Origin: an uncultured Eubacterium sp. | GTDB lineage: Bacteria > Bacillota > Clostridia > Oscillospirales > CAG-272 | Length of the DNA stretch: 64,000 nucleotides | Reading direction: 5' to 3' | Assembly: GCA_900544285.1 (NCBI GenBank) | Contig: UQUT01000005.1 | Location: forward strand, 5,251-69,250 | Part shown: in pieces, positions 56,273 to 64,000 of the stretch | Layout of the letters: each line of letters starts with the position of its first letter | How positions within the stretch are numbered: position 1 is the first letter of the stretch | The notes under the pieces: generated by a model | What the model was told of the DNA's origin: nothing | The model's database searches: none | What the model saw: the letters and a program-made list of their open reading frames with translations, nothing else | Translations under genes and position numbers: made by a program

Positions 56273-56329
56273 AAAATCATCTCCTTTTACCCTCCGGCAT
56301 GATGATTTATTATATCACGTTCCGCAGAA

Positions 56330-56902
56330 TTATTCAATCCCCTTCGACGCAATATATCCCGCAAAAAGATATGTGCAAAATATCAGAAGGGTGACGTTTT
56401 CCGCCGTATAAAAAAAGATATAGACGGCAAGTATCCATAAAAAGAACAGTGAAACGGAGGTCGTAAACCTCACAGCCTTCTCTCCCGCGCCTTCGCCGAA
56501 CGCAAGAGATATCAGCGCCGAAAGTATCCGTCCGCCGTCGAGGGTCGCCATGGGAAGGAGGTTCAGAATGAGTGTTATCCGGGAAAAAAGCCGCACCGAC
56601 CCGCCGCACGGCAGAAGCGGGGAAAGCAGAATGAGAAGAATATTTTCAAACGGGCCCGCAAAGGCTATCAGTATCTCCTCATAATATGACGCCGCCGCAC
56701 TTATCTTCATGCTTATTCCGACGGGCATAAGAGTTACTTTTTCAATCCTTTTTCCAAGAAGAAGCGCCGCCGTCCCATGCCCGAGCTCATGCAGGACGGT
56801 AACCGTTATGACCGCAAAGCTCTGCGACCGCGGCACGGCAAAAATCAGGAGAAATATCCCCGCCGCGGCAAAAGGGTGGACAGAAAATCGCGTTGCCCTC
56901 AT
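56330..56902 (-). CDS. M50 site-2 protease family protein (short, SpoIVFB-like, no CBS domain)
   Basis: HELGH in a TM helix and LNLLPMATLDGGRIL (NxxPxxxLDG). Confidence 0.65.
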   Translation of the reverse strand: MRATRFSVHPFAAAGIFLLIFAVPRSQSFAVITVTVLHELGHGTAALLLGKRIEKVTLMPVGISMKISAAASYYEEILIAFAGPFENILLILLSPLLPCGGSVRLFSRITLILNLLPMATLDGGRILSALISLAFGEGAGEKAVRFTTSVSLFFLWILAVYIFFYTAENVTLLIFCTYLFAGYIASKGIE

Positions 56903-57942
56903 TTTCTCTCCCTCCCCGCCCCGATATATACGGAGGCGACCGTCAAAAACAATGGAGAGACGAGCGCTCCCGCCGCCCCGAACAGCTTTATGCAGGCGTA
57001 CATCACAAAAAGCGAGACCACCGCGGGCACTCCCAGCCCCTCGCCGACGAGCTTCGGTTCGGTCAGCTGCCTGGCAAGGGACGTCACCGCCCAGATAATG
57101 AGCAATATTATTGCCGTTTTTCTTTCGCCCGTAAAAAACATCACCGCCGCATACGGCGCAATGACTATCCCCGTGCCGATTGCGGGGAGCGCGTCAAAAA
57201 TTGCCGTAATGAGCGCAAGCGCAAGCGAATATCTCACCCTCGCAAGCGAAAAGCCGAGATACAGCACCGAAAAAATCAGGAATGATATCAAAAGCTCGCT
57301 CTTCGCCGTTTTCATCACAGCCGCCGTCATTCCCCGCCCGAGCTTCCCCTCCGGAAAATATTTTCCGAAAAACCGGGGCAGACTGTCATAGCAGAAGCAG
57401 AACAGAATTCCCGAAAAAACAGCGACAACGGAGAAAAACAGCGCGGATGGCACCTGCGCCGCCGCCTTTCCGAGAAATGACGAAAACGCGGAAAAGAGCT
57501 TTTCCGTCAGACTTTTTATTATAAGAGAAAGCGTCTCGCCCGTGTCCTCCGAAAAACCCGGAAACAGCTTTTCGGATATAAAATCCGGCACAAGACGGAG
57601 CTTTTTTATCAGTCCGATTATCTTCCCCTCGTCGCGCGACCAGGCGATATAAAGCTCACTTATCTGGCGGTATATCAGCTTTCCGAGAAGGGCGAGGAGC
57701 GCAATCGAAACGGAATAAATCAGCACGGAAAAAGCGGCGGCAAGCCTTTCCCCCGCCTTTTTCCTCTTTACGCCGAGCTTTCTCACGGCTTTTACGGAAA
57801 CCGTGGACACTGCAAGCCCGATTATAAACGGCGCGCAGGGCGCAAAAAAATATTTTATCCCGACAAGCACGCAAAAAGCCCCGATAATCGCCGTCACAGC
57901 TGATTTTTTCGCCTCCGCCATATGCTCCGTCCTCCCAATCAT
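56899..57942 (-). CDS. AI-2E family transporter, YtvI-like
   Basis: 347 aa, polytopic. The stop overlaps the M50 gene start by 4 nt. Confidence 0.55.
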   Translation of the reverse strand: MIGRTEHMAEAKKSAVTAIIGAFCVLVGIKYFFAPCAPFIIGLAVSTVSVKAVRKLGVKRKKAGERLAAAFSVLIYSVSIALLALLGKLIYRQISELYIAWSRDEGKIIGLIKKLRLVPDFISEKLFPGFSEDTGETLSLIIKSLTEKLFSAFSSFLGKAAAQVPSALFFSVVAVFSGILFCFCYDSLPRFFGKYFPEGKLGRGMTAAVMKTAKSELLISFLIFSVLYLGFSLARVRYSLALALITAIFDALPAIGTGIVIAPYAAVMFFTGERKTAIILLIIWAVTSLARQLTEPKLVGEGLGVPAVVSLFVMYACIKLFGAAGALVSPLFLTVASVYIGAGRERK

Positions 57943-57965
57943 ATTTTAACTTTTGGTTAACTTCC

Positions 57966-57994
57966 TTGACAAAATCCTTTGTTTGTGATATTAT
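57966..57994 (+). promoter_or_regulatory. Sigma-A type promoter upstream of the LRR lipoprotein gene
   Basis: TTGACA, a 17-nt spacer ending in TGa, then TATTAT. Confidence 0.5.
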
Positions 57995-58046
57995 TTATAA
58001 GCACACGAGCTTTCGGCTTAAATAACTTATAAGGATAGATAAATAT

Positions 58047-58814
58047 ATGAAAAAGATTATTGCTTTATTTCTCGTTCTTACTCTCGTAGTAGCTTTTGCG
58101 GCGTCATGCGGAAAGGATCCCGTAAATCCTCCGGATGTGACAGTCGGCACAACGACCACCGCCTCGACAGACGGCACCGGATCGACATCCGGCACGGAGA
58201 CGACAACCGGAACGGAAACAACAGCACCCGACCTCGATAAATATAAAGAATTCAAGGACGGCGCCTTCCTTTACAGAATCGTCCGCGATGAAAACGGCAA
58301 CTTCTCCCATGTTGAAATAAACAAGTATTACGGAGAGGACGAGTCACTCATCATTCCTTCGACATACAAATATAAAGACTCATATTTCAACGTTACGGTT
58401 ATCGGTGTTCTCGGAAACATCGGCGCTCAGCAGGGACTGACTTCGGTCAAAGAGCTCACAATCCCCGGAACTGTCAAGGTTATAAATTCGATTGCCTTCT
58501 TCAGCGCAATCAATCTTGAAAGAATCAACTTTGCGGAAGGTCTTGAAACAATCAGCGATATGGCATTCTGGTGCTGCACGGGACTTAAGGAATTCACCCT
58601 TCCCTCAACGCTCAAGGAAATCGGCGCGAATGCGTTTTCCGGTTGTGAATCGCTTGAAACGCTCGTCATTCCTTCCTCCGTTGAAACAATCGGTGCAGGC
58701 GCGTTCTCCGGTTGCACGGCTCTCAAAACCGTAACAATCCCCGAAAAGTTCCGCGCTCAGGAAGCAGAAATCTTTAACGGTTGCCCGAATGTAACAATAA
58801 CCTACGTCGGCTGA
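58047..58814 (+). CDS. BspA-type leucine-rich-repeat lipoprotein
   Basis: Lipobox (FAASC), Thr-rich linker, and repeated IPxxVxxIGxxAFxxCxxL units. Confidence 0.7.
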   Translation: MKKIIALFLVLTLVVAFAASCGKDPVNPPDVTVGTTTTASTDGTGSTSGTETTTGTETTAPDLDKYKEFKDGAFLYRIVRDENGNFSHVEINKYYGEDESLIIPSTYKYKDSYFNVTVIGVLGNIGAQQGLTSVKELTIPGTVKVINSIAFFSAINLERINFAEGLETISDMAFWCCTGLKEFTLPSTLKEIGANAFSGCESLETLVIPSSVETIGAGAFSGCTALKTVTIPEKFRAQEAEIFNGCPNVTITYVG

Positions 58815-58874
58815 TAACAGAAATCTTCACCCCTTCATAGTATGGTATAAACCATGTTATAAAGGGGTGTTTTT

Positions 58875-60152
58875 TTGACCTTATATATAGTTACAGCAGG
58901 CGACTCGCTCTATTCAATTGCGGAAAAATTCGGCGTCACTGCGGCTTTTCTTGCCGAATGGAACGGTATCTCCCCGCCATATCCGCTGACGGTCGGTCAG
59001 TGTCTGCTCATTCTTTCGCCGACGCTTACCCACACCGTTTCAAGAGGCGAGACGATATTTTCGATATGCTCGCGTTACGGTATAACGCAGAACGACCTTT
59101 TCCGTCGCAATCCATCCCTCTGCGGCGGCTATGTTCCGCTCTCCGCAGGGCAGACGCTCGTCATCGACTTCGGCGAAACGCCTGTCGCGGATTATTTTTC
59201 ATACGCCTATGCTTACACCTTCATCGAGGAACGTATTCTCCGACAGACCCTGCCGTATCTTTCGTCGCTTGCGCCGTTTACATACGGTTTCACGGGTGAC
59301 GGCACGCTTCTTTCCCTTCCGGACGCAGTTCTCCTCTCCGCCTGTCGGGATTACGGAGTCATGCCGCTCATGCACCTTTCAACCCTCACCGAAAGCGGCA
59401 ACTTTTCAAATGAGCTTGCAAGCGAGCTTTTTTCATCGCCCGAAGCGGAGGACAATCTCATCGGCGAAATCATCGCGGAAATGACGGAAAAGGGTTACGA
59501 CGGGCTTGATATCGACTTTGAATTTGTCTATGTGTCGGACGCGGAAGCATATGCGGACTTCATTGCAAAAGCCCGTCGCGCCCTGAGTCCCTACGGATAT
59601 ACGGTCTATGCCGCGCTTGCGCCGAAAACCTCCGCCACTCAGCCGGGACTTCTTTATCAGGGTCACCTCTATGACAAAATCGGCGCGGCGGCAGACAAGG
59701 TTTTTCTGATGACCTATGAATGGGGCTATACATACGGCCCGCCGATGGCTGTCGCACCGATAAATTCCGTGCGCCGCGTTCTTGACTATGCCGTCACGGA
59801 AATTCCTCCGGAAAAGATAATCATGGGTATTCCGAACTACGGTTACGACTGGGCACTGCCGTACAAATCGGGAGAAACCCGCGCGACTCTCATTTCAAAT
59901 GAGGACGCGCCGCGCATAGCCGCTGAAAACAATGCCGAAATCAGATTTGACGAAGCGGCACAGTCACCTTATTTCAATTACTATAAAAACGGCATCATGC
60001 ACGAGGTCTGGTTTGAGGATCCGCGCTCCGTAACGGCAAAACTCGCCCTGCCGCAGGAATACGGCTTTTTCGGAGTCGGCTATTGGAACGCCATGCGCCC
60101 GTTCAATTCAAACTGGCTGATTCTCTCACGGCTTTATCGCTCCTCCCCCTGA
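58875..60152 (+). CDS. LysM x2 + GH18 domain protein, SleL/YaaH-like spore cortex-lytic enzyme
   Basis: TTG start after AAAGGGGTG. Two LysM motifs (YIVTAGDSLYSIAEKFGV, HTVSRGETIFSICSRYGI). GH18 motif GYDGLDIDFE. Confidence 0.7.
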   Translation: MTLYIVTAGDSLYSIAEKFGVTAAFLAEWNGISPPYPLTVGQCLLILSPTLTHTVSRGETIFSICSRYGITQNDLFRRNPSLCGGYVPLSAGQTLVIDFGETPVADYFSYAYAYTFIEERILRQTLPYLSSLAPFTYGFTGDGTLLSLPDAVLLSACRDYGVMPLMHLSTLTESGNFSNELASELFSSPEAEDNLIGEIIAEMTEKGYDGLDIDFEFVYVSDAEAYADFIAKARRALSPYGYTVYAALAPKTSATQPGLLYQGHLYDKIGAAADKVFLMTYEWGYTYGPPMAVAPINSVRRVLDYAVTEIPPEKIIMGIPNYGYDWALPYKSGETRATLISNEDAPRIAAENNAEIRFDEAAQSPYFNYYKNGIMHEVWFEDPRSVTAKLALPQEYGFFGVGYWNAMRPFNSNWLILSRLYRSSP

Positions 60153-60326
60153 CCTACTTTTCTTCGAGAAGAAAAGTAGGCAAAAGAAACTTTAATTATT
60201 GGTTTGCACAAGATTTATATTCTCATCAAAAAGGGCAGTGGCGCACGAAATGCGTCGGAGTGGGATTTGCAAATGCGCAAGCGTTTGCAGGCGCACCTCT
60301 TCCGCTTTTCTCTTTTCTCTTAACTT
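60153..60326 (+). repeat. Copy B of the dispersed intergenic repeat family, starting 1 nt after the stop codon
   Basis: CCTACTTTTCTTCGAGAAGAAAAGTAGGCAAAAGAAACTTTAATTATTGGTTTGCACAAGATTTATATT...GCAGGCGCACC... Confidence 0.7.
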
Positions 60327-60356
60327 AAAAAAGCCCCGCCGGAGCGGAGCTTTTTG
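60327..60356. terminator. Bidirectional hairpin terminator
   Basis: AAAAAAGCCCCGC-cgga-GCGGAGCTTTTT. Confidence 0.65.
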
Positions 60357-60362
60357 CTTTTA

Positions 60363-61637
60363 TTATTTTCTTTTTATCTTCATAACGCCCTTGCGCAGCA
60401 TATCAAGAACGGTATACATCGTGATAAGTCCGAGCGCTATCGCCCCCGCGACCATAAGGGTTAAATTGAAAGCGGAAGAGGCAAGCGGGTCGCCGCTGAT
60501 GAGATAATAGACGGCTCTGTAAATACCCGCTCCGGGCACAAGCGGAATTATTCCGCAGATGAGGAAAATCGTTTCGGGTGCTTTCAGCGCTCTTGCGAAA
60601 ATGTAAGCAAGGAGCTCCGCAAGCAACGCGCCGAGGAACGCACCCCAGACGTCACCCATGCCGTTATAAAATCCGAAAAGGTTTGCCGTCCAGCCGATTG
60701 CCGCCGTGAAAGCTGACGCAATGATGAACTTCTTCGGCACTTCAAGTATAAACGAAAAGCCGACGATTGAAAATGCCGCCGCGGCAAAACCGACCGCGTA
60801 ACCGACAAAACCGCTCCTTGTGATGTTCGTTATAAATCCGATTGTTTCGGGTGCAAAGCCGACCTTCTGCCCGAAAAATATTCCCGCGCCGACGCCGACA
60901 GCAACCGCCGCCGCTATCATAAACGCCTCAACCATTCTCGCGCATGCGGAAATAAAGTCTCCCTGAAGCACGTCACGGACAGCGTTTGTTATCGCAACGC
61001 CGGGCACAAGCGGCATTATTCCGCCGACGATTATGTACTGCGGGTGAAGTTCTATCCCCGCCTTCATCGACCCGAAAACGCACAAAAGCGAAACAATCGT
61101 TATCGTTGCGGCGCAGAGCACATCCGAAAGAAAGTCCATTCCGATGAACTTGCGCAGATAGTAGTTTTCAAATGACATAACAAGTCCGGCAATGAGCGCA
61201 ACCGTTGCGTCAAGAAGCGAGCCGCCGTAAAGCAACGCAAACATGCTCGTTGCAAACATAACTCCGATTATTTTCATAACCGTGCCGTAGATATGCTCGT
61301 TTTTTATCTTTTCAAGGCGTAATTTTGCCTCTTCAATCGTAATCTTTCCGCTGCAGAAATCGCGGGAAACATTGTTTACAAGGTATATCCTCGAAAGATT
61401 GTTCGACCCCGGCATTATTCTGCGCGTGACGGACAGCGTTTCCTTTTTATCGTCCGAAAGGGTGACGGTTATTCCCGTCGGCAGAACAAAAGCGTCCGCC
61501 TGAGAGAAACCCGTCGTCTGAAGTATTCTTGATATGGTGTCCTCAACACGGTGCGTTTCGGCGCCCGCGCTCATCATTATCTGCCCCGCAAGTATCGCCA
61601 TATCGACAAGTTCGCGGTAATAAAACGAGTCCTCCAT
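60363..61637 (-). CDS. Threonine/serine exporter family protein (ThrE; DUF1212 + DUF3815)
   Basis: AILAGQIMMSAGAETHRVEDTISRI at the N-terminus, followed by about 10 TM helices. Confidence 0.7.
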   Translation of the reverse strand: MEDSFYYRELVDMAILAGQIMMSAGAETHRVEDTISRILQTTGFSQADAFVLPTGITVTLSDDKKETLSVTRRIMPGSNNLSRIYLVNNVSRDFCSGKITIEEAKLRLEKIKNEHIYGTVMKIIGVMFATSMFALLYGGSLLDATVALIAGLVMSFENYYLRKFIGMDFLSDVLCAATITIVSLLCVFGSMKAGIELHPQYIIVGGIMPLVPGVAITNAVRDVLQGDFISACARMVEAFMIAAAVAVGVGAGIFFGQKVGFAPETIGFITNITRSGFVGYAVGFAAAAFSIVGFSFILEVPKKFIIASAFTAAIGWTANLFGFYNGMGDVWGAFLGALLAELLAYIFARALKAPETIFLICGIIPLVPGAGIYRAVYYLISGDPLASSAFNLTLMVAGAIALGLITMYTVLDMLRKGVMKIKRK

Positions 61638-61649
61638 AATTCCTCCGAT

Positions 61650-62600
61650 TTATTTTGTGTTTTTTCTTTCTTCTATCATTTTTGCGACAAATCCCTCGCG
61701 CACGCCGGCCCCGCTTATCACGAGCCTTTCGACGCCGCAATAGCGTATGACCTCGCACAGTGCGCACGCCCCGGGAGCGACTGTTGCCGTTCTGTCCGGA
61801 GAATATTTCTTTATCGCCGCGCCGCCGTCGGAAAGGACTGTATCGCGGACGGAGAAAAGGTCGTCTGCCGTCATTTCAAAGCCGTCAAGCGAGGACGGTC
61901 CCGAGCGGACACCCATGAATATCTTTGCGACGGCTCTCGCCGTCCCGCCGATGAGATATGCCGTCCCGCCGATATTTTCAAATTCAGGATGTGTTGAAAG
62001 CTCCGAGAGAACGTAATTTTTTATATCGGCAAGCTCGCCCTCCGCAACCGAAAGAGGATTTTCGGCAAACCGCTTTGAAAGCGCAAGACAGCCAATCCGG
62101 AAGCTGTGCCCGCAGGTTTTCCGTCCGTCCTCAAAGCCGACTATCTCCGTGCTGCCGCCGCCCATATCGACGGTTATTCCCTTCTTTGCAATGTCCGCGC
62201 CGAAGCGCTTTACCGTTGCAAAAAAGTCAAGCTCCGCCTCCTCGTCTCCGGAGATAACGTTGACATCCACTCCGAGCCGCCTTTTTATCGACGCAAGCAC
62301 CTTGTGCGTATTTGAAAGCCCGCGCAGGCTTGCCGTCGCAAAGGCATAAAAAGCATCCGTCGGCACGGAATTCGCCCGCGCAAGATATTCGCGCAGCACG
62401 GCAAAAAGCCTGCCTTCGCCGTCCGGCGATAGTCTCCCGCCGACCGAATACGCCGCAAGACCGAGCATGCTGCGCGCCGAATCGCAAACGGAAAATTCCC
62501 CCGTCTCGATATTTATATCGTATATGTTCATTCTGACGCTGTTCGCGCCGATATCGACCACCGCAATTTTTTCGGTGGACTCTGAAAATCTGTCATTCAT
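61650..62600 (-). CDS. ppx: Ppx/GppA family phosphatase
   Basis: IAVVDIGANSVRMNIY and DMGGGSTE ASKHA-fold motifs. Confidence 0.75.
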   Translation of the reverse strand: MNDRFSESTEKIAVVDIGANSVRMNIYDINIETGEFSVCDSARSMLGLAAYSVGGRLSPDGEGRLFAVLREYLARANSVPTDAFYAFATASLRGLSNTHKVLASIKRRLGVDVNVISGDEEAELDFFATVKRFGADIAKKGITVDMGGGSTEIVGFEDGRKTCGHSFRIGCLALSKRFAENPLSVAEGELADIKNYVLSELSTHPEFENIGGTAYLIGGTARAVAKIFMGVRSGPSSLDGFEMTADDLFSVRDTVLSDGGAAIKKYSPDRTATVAPGACALCEVIRYCGVERLVISGAGVREGFVAKMIEERKNTK

Positions 62601-62917
62601 ATCACAAAAGAAATAAACTCCGTTCCTCTGACCGTCACCGTGCCCTCGTCGCCCTCGGCAAAATAAAGATAGGCATCGTCCGACACGCGATATTCCGACC
62701 TGTCCCCCGTTTTGAATTCAAACGTCATGAAATAGGCTTTGCCTTCCTTTGACATTGAAAACGTTCTCTTTGAAACAACCTTTGCGGGAGCGGATATTCT
62801 GGGCAGGTTCACATTCTTTTTTGAAAAGCCCGCCGCGCGGGAAACTGTCACCGCCATTATAATCAGCAAGACGGCAAATGCGGAAAACATAAGTATCCCG
62901 CCCAATGTGAAGTTCAT
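62597..62917 (-). CDS. DUF2500-like single-TM protein
   Basis: Start at MNFTLGG (GGAGG RBS). One TM helix followed by a small beta domain. Confidence 0.45.
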   Translation of the reverse strand: MNFTLGGILMFSAFAVLLIIMAVTVSRAAGFSKKNVNLPRISAPAKVVSKRTFSMSKEGKAYFMTFEFKTGDRSEYRVSDDAYLYFAEGDEGTVTVRGTEFISFVI

Positions 62918-63051
62918 TTCAAACCTCCGGAAAATTATTGCTATATGATTATACACCATAAAATCAAAAATCGCAAGAGGATTACGAAAAAGTACTTGCC
63001 CTGCGGAATATAATTTTACAAACCCCTTGAAACGGAGGCATTTTACACAAA

Positions 63052-63744
63052 ATGATGGGCTTTTTTTCGGCGCTTATGTCGAATTTTCTTTATCTTTTCC
63101 TCAAAATATCATATTCGCAGAGCTTTCCTCCTCCCCTTTCGCCGAAGGAGGAAGAAGAATGTTTTGAAAAAATGCGCTCCGGCGATATGGCGGCAAGAGG
63201 AAAGCTGATAGAACACAATCTCCGCCTTGTGGCGCATATCGTCAAAAAATATTATTCCATGTCCAAAAATCAGGATGACCTCATCTCCATCGGCACGATC
63301 GGGCTGATAAAAGCAATCGACTCTTTTGACAGTCGCAACGGCACGCGCTTTGCAACCTATGCGAGTAAATGCCTGCAAAATGAGATACTTATGTATTTCC
63401 GGTCGCAGAAGAAAACGGCGTGCGAGGTCAGCATAAGCGAGCCGATAGACATAGATAAGGACGGCAACCCGCTGACTTATATCGACGTTATCAGCACGGA
63501 GGACACAATCGCAGACGATATCGACTGTAAAATAAAAACGTCGAAAGCCAAAAAAGCGATTCTCACGGTGCTGGACGAAAGGGAGAGGGAAATAATCATC
63601 CTGCGTTACGGGCTTTCCGGCTCGCGCGCGATAACACAGCGCGAGGTTGCGGAAAAACTGGGAATATCACGCTCGTATGTTTCGCGGATTGAAAAATCGG
63701 CGCTGAAAAAAATGAGCGGTTATCTTTCCTCCGGCATATTCTGA
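63052..63744 (+). CDS. sigK: Sporulation sigma factor SigK (pro-sigma-K), uninterrupted
   Basis: The pro-sequence ending ...LKISYSQSFPPPLS parallels B. subtilis ...LVSYVKNNAFPQPLS. LIEHNLRLVAHIVKKY, GTIGLIKAIDSF and ELGISRSYVSRIEKSAL are also present. Confidence 0.85.
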   Translation: MMGFFSALMSNFLYLFLKISYSQSFPPPLSPKEEEECFEKMRSGDMAARGKLIEHNLRLVAHIVKKYYSMSKNQDDLISIGTIGLIKAIDSFDSRNGTRFATYASKCLQNEILMYFRSQKKTACEVSISEPIDIDKDGNPLTYIDVISTEDTIADDIDCKIKTSKAKKAILTVLDEREREIIILRYGLSGSRAITQREVAEKLGISRSYVSRIEKSALKKMSGYLSSGIF

Positions 63745-63850
63745 GCGTCGTCCGCATATATCTTTTATCGGATAAATAAAGCTCTTGCCGTCGGCGGCGA
63801 CAGGAGCCGAATATCACAGAAAAATCCGTCGGGAAAGAGGTTACACATTT

Positions 63851-64000
63851 ATGTTCAGTTACACAGACGACGGCGCAAAAAACTGCGTCGTGATAAAGAC
63901 CTTTGAGGACACAGCGATAAAGGAAGTGAGCGCGGAATACAATCTGCCGGATTATCTCCCCGATGTCAGCCGCATACTGCGCACCGACGCAAGGGTCTGC
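63851..64000 (+). CDS. DUF3794 (SPOCS)-like protein; only the N-terminal 50 aa are in the window
   Basis: My own translation: MFSYTDDGAKNCVVIKTFEDTAIKEVSAEYNLPDYLPDVSRILRTDARVC. The LPDYLPD..RIL motif is present. GAGG RBS. Confidence 0.45.
   Translation, partial: MFSYTDDGAKNCVVIKTFEDTAIKEVSAEYNLPDYLPDVSRILRTDARVC

Noticed and set aside
63052-63744. Possible skin-like intervening element splitting sigK.
   Set aside because: The ORF is continuous from the pro-sequence to region 4.2 (230 aa) with all sigma-70 regions in order.

Overview
This 64 kb chromosomal window probably comes from an endospore-forming Clostridia-class Firmicute. That assignment is inferred from the gene content: sigK with a pro-sequence, cwlD-like and SleL/YaaH-like genes, an M50 SpoIVFB-like protease, YtvI-like and DUF3794 proteins, GGAGG ribosome-binding sites and TTGACA-17-TATAAT promoters.

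Most of the window is dense housekeeping:
- Replication, repair and RNA: addB, a ParE/ParC-type topoisomerase pair, tadA, RNase J, radA, smpB plus tmRNA, and a Xer-type recombinase.
- Other: cell-wall and sporulation functions, carbohydrate genes, and transporters.

The stand-out feature is a roughly 11.5 kb, 12-gene, tightly coupled plus-strand operon at 38.1-49.6 kb. It joins the reductive TCA branch to a complete HdrB-HdrC-HdrA-MvhD module and three Flx/HydBG/AsrAB-like Fe-S and FAD/NAD subunits. The reductive-branch genes are an LDH-family dehydrogenase with the malate-type Arg, class II fumarase, and a soluble FrdB/FrdA-like pair. I read this as a candidate soluble, possibly flavin-based electron-bifurcating, NADH:fumarate reductase system.

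Other points of interest:
- A previously unnamed intergenic repeat family of about 200 bp (hairpin head, core, terminator tail) occurs at three or more loci. One locus carries a 75-bp x 3.3 tandem amplification.
- A 1.2 kb AT-rich islet (XRE regulator plus lipoprotein) is bracketed by ~41-bp imperfect direct repeats, immediately 3' of ssrA.
- A terminator-containing leader follows a perfect consensus promoter upstream of a CNNM/CorC-family gene.
- An OmpR-type regulator with a degenerate receiver domain is translationally coupled to parC.
- An unlisted 49-aa OadG-like ORF lies next to oadB.

All functional calls come from reading the translated ORFs by eye for motifs and family resemblance. 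No database search was run.
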